A DNA stretch of 64,000 nucleotides from Promethearchaeota archaeon (GTDB taxonomy: Archaea; Asgardarchaeota; Lokiarchaeia; Sigyniarchaeales; SOKP01), in contig JAEOUA010000010.1 in the NCBI GenBank assembly GCA_016839555.1, positions 192,001 to 256,000 on the forward strand. The letters are read 5' to 3'. Numbering within the stretch: position 1 is the stretch's first letter; each line of letters begins with the position of its first letter. The notes beneath the pieces are model-generated. The model worked only from the letters and a program-made list of their open reading frames with translations. It searched no databases and was not told the DNA's origin. Made by a program: the position numbers and the translations under genes. Positions 20,505 through 31,201 of the stretch are shown here, piece after piece.

Positions 20505-20933
20505 TTAGTTTTTTAGTCTTGCTTGATTTTCAATTTTTATAGGATTGGGTCCTAATCTCTGAATCTTCTCATGGGCGTCCTTAACACTCTTTACCAATTT
20601 ATCACCTTCAGCGGACGAGCAATAATACATATTGACTCTTTTTCCGAAACCTCTTTTTTCCAAAATTCTGTTCGCGAAATCGACATGCTCTTGTGCTACA
20701 TAATTGCCCTTGCCAAAAGCACATTCTTTTAGTCTTCATCCCACCACCATTACTCCATCAGCACCCGATTTTATCGCATATAAGATATGTTTCACATCAA
20801 CTCTGCCTGTACATCTCACTTTAATTATTCTCACAGAGGGAGTATATTTAAGCCTAGAAGTACCGGCTAAATCAGCTGCGCCGTAACCTCACTTTGTGCA
20901 AGCGAACAATATTATTTGCATATTATCATTCAA
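20505..20933 (-). CDS. vhuD: VhuD/MvhD selenoprotein, 142 aa, two Sec; absent from the ORF track
   Basis: FACTK-TGA-GYGAADLAG, VRCTGRVD, VVG-TGA-RLKEC; TGAs at 20889-20891 and 20736-20738; GGTGA SD before the TTG start (alternative ATG at 20921). Confidence 0.93.
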
Positions 20934-20938
20934 TTTTT

Positions 20939-22897
20939 TTAATCACCTGCTAGTAATCCTTTAATTTCAGCATATAATTGATAATCTCGGGAATAGCGTA
21001 TATCTATTGCTTGGGTTGGGCAACAAGTCGCACAAATCCCACATCCATCGCAATTAATTTCGTCCACCACTGCTACTTCATTATCAGAAACTGTGATCGC
21101 ACCTTTCGGACATTCTTTCTCACATCGTTTACATGAGATGCAGAGATCTTCTGTCACTTCCGCAACAATCAATTCGAGATCAATTTCGCCCGCAGATGTT
21201 AGTTCAGCAACTTTACTTGCCGCTGCCCTTGCTTGAGAAACAGAATAACCAATATTTTTAGGTCCTTGTGCAAAGCCTGCGATAAAAATTCCTTTTGTCC
21301 TTGTTTCTTGTGGCATAAGACCAAAGTGAGCTTCCGTTAAAAATCCATATTTATCCACATCTAAATTTAAGACTTTAGCAATTTGTTCTGTACCTTGAGA
21401 TGGCAATACCGCAGTTGACAATACCACTAAATCCGCATCAATATTTATAATTTCATCCGTAAGGGAAGAATATACCCTAATCTTAACGTTTTTAGTTTCA
21501 GGATCTTCTCTTATTTCTCCTACTTTCCCTCGTATTAATCGTATACCTTTTTCTCTTGATCTTTGATAGTATTCTTCAAATCCCTTTTCATTTGTTCTCA
21601 TATCAATATAACATATCGATATATTCGCGTCAGGAAATTCTTCTTTTAATAATCGTGCATTTTTTAATGCTAACATGCAACATATGCCACTACAATAGGT
21701 TCTTTCAGCAGTTCTGCTCCCGACACATTGAATGAAAACAATTTCTTTTGGTTCTTTCTCATCCGATACTCTATGCATATACCCTTCAAGCGGTCCATTC
21801 GGAGCAAGCATTCTCTCAAGTTGAGCTTGATTAATCACGTTTTCAAATGTTCCATAACCATATTCATCTTCTGGTTCATAAATATCCCAACCAGTCGCAA
21901 TGATGATTGTTCCCACTTTAAAATGTACCTCTTCAGGTTTCTGAGAGAAATCTATTGCATCTAATTCGCATTCATTTACGCATGAAAAGCATTCTACACA
22001 GCAATCTCGTTTAATATCATATAAAAACGGTACTGCTTGACCAAATGCGATATCTATTGCTTTTCTAACCCCTAAATGCTCATCAAAGAAATTACTACAA
22101 TAGATAGGACATACCTCGGCGCATGCCCCACAGCCATTGCAATCATCTGTAATGAATCGCGGTTTTTTCTCAACTGTAACTTCATAATTTCCGACATAAC
22201 CTTCGACCTCCTTTACATAACTATAGCTTAGAATTTCAATGTTTTTATGTCGGTTAACTTCCAGCATTTTAGGGCCACAGATTCAGATGGAGCAATCGTC
22301 TGTTGGAAACGTTCTATCTAGCTGAGCCATGCGACCTCCTATGGTTGTTTTTTCTTCGACTAAATACACTTTTATTCCTTGGTTGGCAAGATCAAGAGCG
22401 GCATTCATGCCTGCAATACCCCCGCCTACTATGAGACAAGCCTTCTCAACAGGCACCGTTCTTATGGGGACGGTTTCAAGTCTTCTTAATCGTTCCATGC
22501 CTCCCTTTACAAGAATTTTTGCTTTTTCAGTTGCATCCTCCTTATCCTCTGTACACCAGCTACACTGCTCCCGAACATTTACCATCTGAAAAAAATAGGG
22601 ACTTAAGCCCGCTTTTTCAATAGTTTCTCTATAAATTGGTTCATGGGTAAGAGGTGTTCAAGCTGATGCGATTATACGATTTAATTTCTTTTCTTTGATA
22701 TCTTTAAGGATTTCTCCTTGGCCCGCTTCTGTACAGAGAAAGGGAGATATTTTTGATACCACCACATTGTCCAAAGTTTTGGCAAATTCTGTTAATTTTT
22801 GGCAATCTACTTTACTTTTTATATTTATACCTCACTGACAAGCGTAATAACCTATACGTTGCTCTGTATCCAATCCGTTGTTTTGATTATTATTCAT
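20939..22897 (-). CDS. hdrA: Heterodisulfide reductase subunit A selenoprotein, 652 aa, three Sec (U22, U80, U205)
   Basis: One frame from ATG 22897 (AGGTGA upstream): ACQ-U-GINI, ASA-U-TPLTHE, DDCSI-U-ICGPKM; TGAs at 22832-22834, 22658-22660, 22283-22285; joins two ORF-track fragments. Confidence 0.93.
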
Positions 22898-23309
22898 ACT
22901 TCTTTCTATATCACCTAATCAGAATTATTTTAATTCTTAATAATTATTTTTATTAAAGTTTTTTTATTAGTTTAACTTTACATTTTTCAATAGAACTTAA
23001 CACAAATAAAGAAATTTAATCTAAAAAAGTTTAGATTTATATTAATATTCACTTCATTTATATTTGAAAAGAAAAAATTTTAAAAAAAAATTATTTCTCT
23101 CTAAAAATATTCCAAATTGACGTTAAATTTTGAATCTTGTTTTCATATAATTGTCGAATTTGTTCTAAAAATATGAATAACTCTTATCAGCCAAGGTTTA
23201 TTTAAATTTAAAAGATGGAAATATAAAATAATAAAAAAAGTTAAATTTGAAATTGTAATTGTAAAAGATAATTAGAAAGTTAAATAACAAAAAAAAAAAA
23301 AAGAAAATT

Positions 23310-25049
23310 ATGACACTTCTATTAAATCCAAAGCAACATATACGGTATTATCCCGATGCGAGATCAAAAGAGATTATGCTCAAAACTATAGAATTTTTCG
23401 AAAATAAAGGGAAAAGAAAACTTAAGGAAGATGATCACAATCATGTGTGGTATGGTGATTTTCTCGAATTCCAAAAAGAAAATATGCTTTTTGCTCATCT
23501 GTTAACTCCTTCTCAATATGGAGAGAATGAAGATTATCGATGGGATACTTGGAGAATTTGCGAATTTAATGAAATACTTGCATTTTATGGTTTAAATTAT
23601 TGGTATACGTGGCAAGTGACAATATTAGGGCTAGGTCCTATTTGGATGAGTAAAAATGAGAAAGCGAAGCAAAAAGCAGCAAAATTATTGCGAGAGGGGG
23701 CAATATTTGCCTTTGGATTATCCGAACAAGCTCATGGGGCAGATATTTACGCTACTGAAATGGCTTTAACTCCTCAAGAAGATGGAACATATAGAGCAAA
23801 TGGAGAAAAATATTATATTGGAAACGGAAATGAAGCAGAAATGGTTTCAAATTTCGGCAAATTTGCTGATAAGGAAGGAAATATCCCTCCATATGACATG
23901 AAAAATAAGGACCAATATATTTTCTTTGTAGCAAATTATAGAAATAAAAACTATGAACTAATAAAAAATATTTGCGAAAGTCAAAATTATGTAGCAAATT
24001 TTGCACTTCATGACTATCCAATTACTGAAGAAGATATTCTTTCCAAGGGAGAAGAAGCTTGGAATGCATCTCTTAATACCGTAAATGTGGGAAAATATAA
24101 TTTAGGATGGGCTTCAATAGGTATTTGTACCCATACATTTTATGAAGCGATTCATCATGCCGCTCATCGACGGCTCTATAATATGTATGTGACCGATTTT
24201 CAACATGTAAAACAGAATTTTGTCGATGCTTATACCCGTTTAATAGCGATGAAATTATTTGGATTGAGAACGGCAGATTATATGAGAATAGCTTCTAATG
24301 AGGATCGCCGATATTTACTCTATGCACCGGTTATGAAAATGAAAACGACCACTCAAGGAGAGGAAGTTATTAATTTGATGTGGGATGTGATCGCTGCGAA
24401 AGGTTTTGAAAAAGATATGTATTTTGAAGGGGCAGCAAGGGATATTCGTGCGTTACCTAAACTTGAAGGTACAGTTCACGTAAATATTGCGTTAATTTTG
24501 AAATTTATGTTAAATTTCTTTATGAATCATAAGAAATATGAAGAGATCCCTCGACAAGATCAAATTAAAGATGATACTTATTTGTTCAATCAGGGACCCA
24601 CTCGTGGGTTGGGAGCAATTCGTCTTCATGATTGGAAGCCAGCGTTTGAGCAATATAACCTACCCAATGTTAAAATATTTTTAGAACAAATTAAGATGTT
24701 TAATCTTATGGGAGTTAAAGCTACCCCAAGTGCTAAACAACAAAAAGATTTGGATTTTATGCTTTCAGGAATCGGAGAGATTTTTTCTCTTATCGTATAT
24801 GCTCATTTAATCATTGAAAATGCGAAAATCTACGAAATTGATAATGATACATTAGACCAAATATTTGATTTTTTAGTAAGAGATTTTTCTAAATATGCAT
24901 TGAATCTGTATCATAAAACTAGTACTACTCCTGAGCAGATGGAATGGTGTTTGAAGATGATTAAGAAACCCAATGTCGATCCAGAAAGATTTAATAAAGT
25001 ATGGGAAATTGTTCACTCTCTCAAGGATGCATATGAAATGAATCCATAA
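23310..25049 (+). CDS. Acyl-CoA dehydrogenase family protein
   Basis: AFGLSEQAHGAD, NGEKYYIGN, HRRLY, LEGT. Confidence 0.9.
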   Translation: MTLLLNPKQHIRYYPDARSKEIMLKTIEFFENKGKRKLKEDDHNHVWYGDFLEFQKENMLFAHLLTPSQYGENEDYRWDTWRICEFNEILAFYGLNYWYTWQVTILGLGPIWMSKNEKAKQKAAKLLREGAIFAFGLSEQAHGADIYATEMALTPQEDGTYRANGEKYYIGNGNEAEMVSNFGKFADKEGNIPPYDMKNKDQYIFFVANYRNKNYELIKNICESQNYVANFALHDYPITEEDILSKGEEAWNASLNTVNVGKYNLGWASIGICTHTFYEAIHHAAHRRLYNMYVTDFQHVKQNFVDAYTRLIAMKLFGLRTADYMRIASNEDRRYLLYAPVMKMKTTTQGEEVINLMWDVIAAKGFEKDMYFEGAARDIRALPKLEGTVHVNIALILKFMLNFFMNHKKYEEIPRQDQIKDDTYLFNQGPTRGLGAIRLHDWKPAFEQYNLPNVKIFLEQIKMFNLMGVKATPSAKQQKDLDFMLSGIGEIFSLIVYAHLIIENAKIYEIDNDTLDQIFDFLVRDFSKYALNLYHKTSTTPEQMEWCLKMIKKPNVDPERFNKVWEIVHSLKDAYEMNP

Positions 25050-25352
25050 TCTTTAAAATTTTATAAATCACTTAGAAAATTTTGGTTGAAATTCAAACTC
25101 TAAAGTATATATTATCAAATTATTTGATAATTATACATTTAAATTTGAGATCAATATTAAGTTGGATTTTCCCTCCTCTTAATTTTTAAATTATTTTTTA
25201 AAGAAGAATCTGTTAACAAAGGCAGTTTTACAATCATTTTCTGATTGCTTATTGTTGAAATCTAAATATTTTTATAGGAAAAACATTTTTTAGGGAAAAG
25301 ATTTTTTATTGAGTTAATATAAATATTGAATTAAATATATACATATTATCTT

Positions 25353-26948
25353 ATGAAAAAGATAGAGTTAGCACCTAAGGAGATTTTTGAGAAAAGAAAT
25401 GAATTAGGGTTAAATAATTCATTAAAAACTCTTTTAGAAATCATTGATCACGGAGAAGAGGCATCACGAAGAAAGCTGGCACTCTTCTATATAAGATCCT
25501 TTGAGGATATTCCTCAGAATTTAAAAATGGAATGTTTTAATAGCTTAGAAGGAATAATAATTTCCGATACAAATATTGAGTTAAAATGCGAAGCCGCAAA
25601 ATCCTTAGGAAAATTAAAAATAGAAAAATCAATTGAACCTTTAAAATGGTTATTAGAACAGCCTTCAATTAATTATGAAGATAAAAAGGTAATATTGAAG
25701 GCAATTCATGATTGTAGATTTAAAGAATCAGAAATAGAGCTATTTTTGGACCATTTAGATTCTCATTTCAAATCAATTAGAGAATATGTGAAAAATGAAT
25801 TATTAAAATTAGATCCAGAAAGAGCAGTACATTTATTCTTGGATTATTTTGGTAAAAAACCATCCAATGAAGCAAAAAAGGAAATTATTAAATTACTAGG
25901 ATATGAGTTATCGGGATTAAATATTTCTTTTGATGATTTTAGTTATATTAAATCAAAATATCCAGAAATTTTAAATAATCTAATTGATTATATAGATGAT
26001 TTGCTTGATATCCTCTCCATCATGAAAGAAGAGGATATAGAGCTTTTTGAAAATCTTATAATAATCTTTAATGTTCTTCATGAACATGTAAACGAGAAAC
26101 TGATTGAATTTCTTGATAGTGAGGATTTTATTGCTAAGGAAAATGCTATAAAATTGATAGGGGAATTAAATATAAAAGAAGCGAGTGATAAATTAGTTAA
26201 AAATATTGATAATGTCTATAGTGACGTGAGTTTAGCATCAATTGAAGCTCTGGGAAAGATTGGTGATATTTCTCTTATTCCAGATTTAGTAAAAGCTTTA
26301 GATATCGAAGATCCAACTTTTGAATATGCTGATTATACATTAAAATGGAATATTATAGAATCCATTAAAAAAATCTATTTAAAAAATGAAGAAATTTCAT
26401 ATGATTTTTTAATAGAAAAACTTAAAACTTCAAATGAGATTTTAAAAGAGAGTATTGCATATATTTTAGGAGAAATAGCCAAAGAAGATTTCACTGATCC
26501 TTTACTCGGAATCTTAAAACAATGGCATAATATTGATGTAGCTAAAAGTATTGTTATTGCATTAGGAAAAATTGGTGAATTGAGGGCAGCAAAACGATTT
26601 TTAAAGATAATTAATGATCCAGGAACATATTGGCTTCTTAAAAAAGTAACAGTAGATTCATTATATAATATTTTCAAAAAGAATGGACATTTTATGAAGA
26701 TTGATGGTACTGAAGAAAAAAGAACCCTAATTAAGCATAGAACAGAGTTAGAAGAGTATCTTACTAATAATCCTGATGAAAATCAAAAAGTTAAGGTTGC
26801 TATTATAAAATTACTTGAAATATTTGGGGATAAAACTTCAATCCATGCGCTTATGAAACGGCTTGATGATTTCCATCGAATAGTAGGAATCTCTGCTTCG
26901 AAAGCAATTAAAAAAATCGAGAAGAGATTAGAGATGGAACCTAATTAG
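25353..26948 (+). CDS. HEAT/PBS-lyase repeat protein
   Basis: Repeated AAKSLGKL, SIEALGKIG, IAYILGEIA, IVIALGKIG units. Confidence 0.85.
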   Translation: MKKIELAPKEIFEKRNELGLNNSLKTLLEIIDHGEEASRRKLALFYIRSFEDIPQNLKMECFNSLEGIIISDTNIELKCEAAKSLGKLKIEKSIEPLKWLLEQPSINYEDKKVILKAIHDCRFKESEIELFLDHLDSHFKSIREYVKNELLKLDPERAVHLFLDYFGKKPSNEAKKEIIKLLGYELSGLNISFDDFSYIKSKYPEILNNLIDYIDDLLDILSIMKEEDIELFENLIIIFNVLHEHVNEKLIEFLDSEDFIAKENAIKLIGELNIKEASDKLVKNIDNVYSDVSLASIEALGKIGDISLIPDLVKALDIEDPTFEYADYTLKWNIIESIKKIYLKNEEISYDFLIEKLKTSNEILKESIAYILGEIAKEDFTDPLLGILKQWHNIDVAKSIVIALGKIGELRAAKRFLKIINDPGTYWLLKKVTVDSLYNIFKKNGHFMKIDGTEEKRTLIKHRTELEEYLTNNPDENQKVKVAIIKLLEIFGDKTSIHALMKRLDDFHRIVGISASKAIKKIEKRLEMEPN

Positions 26949-27206
26949 ATTCATCTTGATCCAGATTACAATTTTCTGTTATATTTATAGCCTCTTTCTC
27001 TTGATATAAGGTTTATATTTTTTTTAATTTACAGAAATTTAAATATTCAGAGAGTAAAAGATAAACTGTTATCTTCTTATTTTTATTTTATTTATCAATA
27101 AATTTTTTTTTAAACTTCCATTACTCTAAATAGTAAGCTTTTTACAATTTATTAATTAGAAATAGATATTGATGAATAAACTAGATATTAATAAACTGAT
27201 AAAGTC

Positions 27207-28700
27207 ATGACGGAAAACGAGGTTAATCAAGAGCAAGCTAGTGAAAAATACAAGTATAGCTTTGACTATATCCAACATAAGTTAGAGGGAAAGAAAGATT
27301 CATTCGGAATGTTGATGAAAGAAATTGTACGAACAGGAATCTGTACGCAATGCGGTACTTGCGCAGCCGTCTGTCCGGTCCTTGAGTGGGACCATCTTGC
27401 TGGTGAACCTAAACTGATTGGGAAATGTACTGGCTGCGGAATTTGCTATAATCAATGTCCCCGGACAATTACTGATCCTCACCAACTTATTGGAGAATTC
27501 AAAAGCGGCTATGTAGCAAATACGAATATACCGGAAGTTATCGGTTATCAAGATGGGGGCACAGTAACCAGTCTAATTTGTTATCTTTTTGATGAGCATT
27601 TAATTGATGCGGCGATTGTGACCATGAAAGATCCAAAAAATCCTTGGCATCCAGTACCCCAAATCATCACCAGTAAGGATGATGCGATTAAAGCTGCTGG
27701 TTCGATTTATTGCCATTCTCAAACAGTGGATGCATTAATGGAGGCTGTGAGACAAGACTATCGCTCAATTGCCTTTGTTGGAACGCCTTGTAATATTGAT
27801 GCGGTCAATAAAATGTTTAGTTCTCCCGCAGGAATGCTCAAATATTTTATGCGGGCCCATATCCTTACCATAGGGTTATTTTGCATGGATTCATTTTCCC
27901 CAGAAGCGTTATACCCTTATTTTAAAAAGGATGGGATTGATTTAGAGAAGGTAGTAAAAATGGATATCAATAAAGGAAAATTTCACCTTTATTATGATGA
28001 AGATGGAGAACCCGTAAAATCTTATACGATTAAGAGTCTAGATAAATTTAAATCCTCAAGCTGTAATTTTTGCACAGATCTTACTTCTGAGAATGCTGAT
28101 ATATCCGTTGGATCTGTAGGAAGTGGTCCCAATAAAAATACAGTTTTCGCAAGAACTGGTATTGGAGCAGAACTCTTAGAAGACGCGGCAAAAAAGGGTT
28201 ATTTAACTATTGAGCCATTTGATGCGATTAATTTAAATGCGGTCTTTTTTCTGGCAAAATTGAAAAAGGTCGCTCAATATAATATTCAAAAGCGGAAAGT
28301 GTTTATTGTCAGAGATGTGGAAGAGGAAGAGGAACCGAAAATAGAAACTAAAAAAGAAGAAAAAGAATTGGATATAAAACCTATTATTGATTCTCGACGT
28401 GCAATAAGCCTAAAGAAAGAAGTAAATGAGGAGGCTAAAACTCTCGAGTTATCAATCACGAATACAATTGGATTTATACTTGAGGATTTGAAAATAAGAA
28501 TAGCCAGCATAGACGAGGTTTTCGAAAAGAACGTATGGGTTACAAAAATAACAGAACTATTTCCTTATGAAAGTATAGAAATTGATTATCCCTTAGAAGA
28601 AGACGGAGAACTTCAGCTGGGGAAAGTACTCATTGAAGCATCGACAGAAAGTATTGGGAAAATTTACTCTAAAACTTATGATCTTTCCCCTAAAAAATAA
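27207..28700 (+). CDS. FrhB-family protein with ferredoxin and a C-terminal extension
   Basis: CTQCGTCAAVCP, QDGGTVT, VGTPC, GLFCMD, CNFCTD, ADISVG; about 130-aa extra C-terminal region. Confidence 0.88.
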   Translation: MTENEVNQEQASEKYKYSFDYIQHKLEGKKDSFGMLMKEIVRTGICTQCGTCAAVCPVLEWDHLAGEPKLIGKCTGCGICYNQCPRTITDPHQLIGEFKSGYVANTNIPEVIGYQDGGTVTSLICYLFDEHLIDAAIVTMKDPKNPWHPVPQIITSKDDAIKAAGSIYCHSQTVDALMEAVRQDYRSIAFVGTPCNIDAVNKMFSSPAGMLKYFMRAHILTIGLFCMDSFSPEALYPYFKKDGIDLEKVVKMDINKGKFHLYYDEDGEPVKSYTIKSLDKFKSSSCNFCTDLTSENADISVGSVGSGPNKNTVFARTGIGAELLEDAAKKGYLTIEPFDAINLNAVFFLAKLKKVAQYNIQKRKVFIVRDVEEEEEPKIETKKEEKELDIKPIIDSRRAISLKKEVNEEAKTLELSITNTIGFILEDLKIRIASIDEVFEKNVWVTKITELFPYESIEIDYPLEEDGELQLGKVLIEASTESIGKIYSKTYDLSPKK

Positions 28701-28792
28701 AAACTAAAATAAGTCTTTATATTACACAACTTAAAAGAAAAAGAATATAATTAATAATAATAGAAGATAAAGATAAAGGAGGCAAATTTAAA

Positions 28793-29701
28793 ATGAAAAT
28801 ATCATTAGTGGGCCTTTCTGGCTGTGGTAAAACATCACTTTATAGTGTGGCATTTGCAGCAAAAAGCCCCGAAGATACGAAATCGTTAAGTCCCACTATC
28901 TTGTATGAGACAAGAAGACATCCTTTTTTAGGTTTACAAGTTGGTATATTTGATTTCGGCGGACAAGAACAATACAGAAAGGAGTACATGGAAAAGCCGG
29001 AAGTCTTCAAAGGCACGGACATCCTGATACCCATTATTGATCTCCATGATCCTGACAGATTTGAACAAGCGAAGGAATATTTTGATGGATTGTTAGATAT
29101 TTATCGCAAGAACAATGAAAAACCGAAAATCTTCTTATTTTATCATAAATATGATACCGAAGATTATGAAAAGGAACTTCTTGATACAAACATCAAAAAG
29201 GCACGTGAAAAATTTGAAGGGATGTTTGAAGGATATGAATCAAAATCCTATCTTACCAGTATTTATGATCAAGATAAATTAGCTAAGATTTTTAGGGATA
29301 TTTTAATCTCCTCTTATGAAGAATTAAAAGGGCATGTGGAAAAGGCGGAGAGCGATTTGGAAGAAATTAATGCTAAAATAATTATTTCCGATATATCTGG
29401 AAATGTTATTGTCCATAATGTAAAAGGAGTAAGTAGCGGGCTCACTTTAAGAGGCGATCTACGAGACTTTATAAATGCATGCAACACTGTGAGAGAGAAT
29501 GTTTTCATGTCGGATTCAGCTCAATTTAAAGGCAGTAATGAGGATGGTAAAGAAATTGATCTACACATCTTTAAGTACATCATTTCTGTGCTAATCATGA
29601 AAACTGGCGAAATAGACATGGAATCACAAGACAAAATCAATATCCTTTTGAATGATATGAAACTCTTTGCAGATCTCATTATTAGCGCTCATACTGAATA
29701 A
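28793..29701 (+). CDS. Rag/Gtr-like small GTPase with a C-terminal roadblock/longin-like domain
   Basis: GLSGCGKTS, SPT, DFGGQ, HKYD (Rag-type G4), TSIYD (G5); GGAGG SD. Confidence 0.75.
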   Translation: MKISLVGLSGCGKTSLYSVAFAAKSPEDTKSLSPTILYETRRHPFLGLQVGIFDFGGQEQYRKEYMEKPEVFKGTDILIPIIDLHDPDRFEQAKEYFDGLLDIYRKNNEKPKIFLFYHKYDTEDYEKELLDTNIKKAREKFEGMFEGYESKSYLTSIYDQDKLAKIFRDILISSYEELKGHVEKAESDLEEINAKIIISDISGNVIVHNVKGVSSGLTLRGDLRDFINACNTVRENVFMSDSAQFKGSNEDGKEIDLHIFKYIISVLIMKTGEIDMESQDKINILLNDMKLFADLIISAHTE

Positions 29702-29898
29702 ATCAATTAAAAGATTTTTTTTCCCTTTTTTTTAAATTAAAATATCAATTTGTAAGCTATTTTAATAAAATTTTACTATTAACTCCTCAGTTTTTTATAG
29801 AGAATCTGTATTCTTTCTATTCTAAATAATTATATAATTTTGAGAATTAGATATTAAAAAAAAATAGAAAATGATTGGAATTTTTAAGTATATTAATA

Positions 29899-30933
29899 TT
29901 ATAAAATCATTGTCCATCCAAATTCATCGAGTAAATCTAATTTTTGTATACCAGTTAAGATCTTGTAAATTTTTTCAGTAATAGGGCCTGGTATGTTGTT
30001 ATTATATGTCTTTGTTCTTTTTTCATAAGTTATTGAACCAATCGGCGTAATCACCGCTGCTGTTCCTGTACAAAAGAGTTCCGCGCAATTATCTCCAAAT
30101 AATTCTTTATATGAAATATCTCTTTGTTCCGTTGTGATGCCAAGTTTGCGTTCTGCTATTTTTAATACAGAGTCAACCGTAATTCCTTCAAGAATGGTGC
30201 CATCGAAACGTGGGGTAACAAGTTTGTTATCAATTATCGCGCAAAAATTTGCTGCTCCCACCTCTGTTATATATTCCTTATAAACAGCATCAAGATAAAT
30301 TATTTGGTCGTAGCCTCTTTTCTTTCCCTCAAGTGCTGGTCTCATGGTACGCGAATAATTAGAACATGTTTTTGTAGAACCGGTCCCCCCCGGACTTGCT
30401 CGAGTATATTTGTTTGAAATTAATAGATTCACTGTATTAAATCCCTCGGGAAAATAAGGTCCAACTGGAGAACAAAACACTAAAAAGATGTATTCTTTTG
30501 CGGGTGCAATTCCCAGCACTGGACCACTTCCGATTAATAATGGACGAATATATAGCGATCCTCCGCTTTCATATGGCGGTATAAAATCCTTATTTGCAAT
30601 AACCACCTTTTTGACTGCATCTAAAAATCTCTGTTTATCATAGGGGGGCATCACAAGCCTTTTTGCACTTTTTTCGAACCTCTCTGCATTTTTCATGGGT
30701 CGAAATAGACTAATTCTCCTATCCTTTGATTTTAATGCTTTTAATCCTTCAAAAACACCTTGACCATAGTTAAGTATACATGCTGCAGGAGATAGTTCTA
30801 TTGAATTAAATGGAATTAATTCACCGTCATCCCACTTTCCATCTTTATATCTGGACAAAAACATCCAATCCGTTTCATAAAAATCAAATTTTAGATTATT
30901 AAAATCTATCATATTTCTTTTTGTTGCTTGCAT
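29899..30933 (-). CDS. ilvE: Branched-chain amino acid aminotransferase
   Basis: LNYGQGVFEGLK, LYIRP, TKTCSNY (PLP Lys), EVGAAN, ILEGIT, GTAAVITP. Confidence 0.95.
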   Translation of the reverse strand: MQATKRNMIDFNNLKFDFYETDWMFLSRYKDGKWDDGELIPFNSIELSPAACILNYGQGVFEGLKALKSKDRRISLFRPMKNAERFEKSAKRLVMPPYDKQRFLDAVKKVVIANKDFIPPYESGGSLYIRPLLIGSGPVLGIAPAKEYIFLVFCSPVGPYFPEGFNTVNLLISNKYTRASPGGTGSTKTCSNYSRTMRPALEGKKRGYDQIIYLDAVYKEYITEVGAANFCAIIDNKLVTPRFDGTILEGITVDSVLKIAERKLGITTEQRDISYKELFGDNCAELFCTGTAAVITPIGSITYEKRTKTYNNNIPGPITEKIYKILTGIQKLDLLDEFGWTMIL

Positions 30934-31094
30934 TTTTTTTTCACGTGTGTTTGTTTTTTTATTATATAGACCTTAGCAAGCAAGCGCTTATTACCCTGAC
31001 CTTATTGATTATGAATTTTAAACACATACAGCAAGATATCAATATTTTTTAACAAATTTAGTAATCAAAAAGAGACAAGGAAAGCTATCTTGCT
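30934..31094 (-). promoter_or_regulatory. Structured leader between the uORF and ilvE with alternative pairings (candidate attenuator)
   Basis: 31086-31094 complements 31030-31038; 31187-31195 complements 30997-31005; 31135-31141 complements 30971-30977; CUCUUUUUG tract at 31066-31074. Confidence 0.55.
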
Positions 31095-31196
31095 TTATAA
31101 TACTAATACAGCTGCGGCAATTGCGATAGCCATAGCTAAGGCTACATAATTATTTTGAACTTTTTCCGCATTATGATTAGTATTACATAAGGTCAT
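31095..31196 (-). CDS. 33-aa putative ilvE leader peptide MTLCNTNHNAEKVQNNYVALAMAIAIAAAVLVL
   Basis: ATG 31196 to TAA 31095; last 16 codons are 8 Val/Leu/Ile, 7 Ala and 1 Met; same strand as ilvE, 161 nt upstream. Confidence 0.65.
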   Translation of the reverse strand: MTLCNTNHNAEKVQNNYVALAMAIAIAAAVLVL

Positions 31197-31201
31197 TGTA
31201 A

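Noticed and set aside
20505-22897. hdrA/vhuD as pseudogenes
   Set aside because: All five interruptions are TGA at conserved Cys positions, with no frameshifts or TAA/TAG, and a SECIS-like hairpin follows.
10012-22956. Short plus-strand ORFs inside the Hdr cluster (e.g. 10012, 13385, 20704, 22329, 22753)
   Set aside because: Antisense shadows of well-supported minus-strand genes; 20704-20886 and 22753-22956 overlap the selenoprotein frames.
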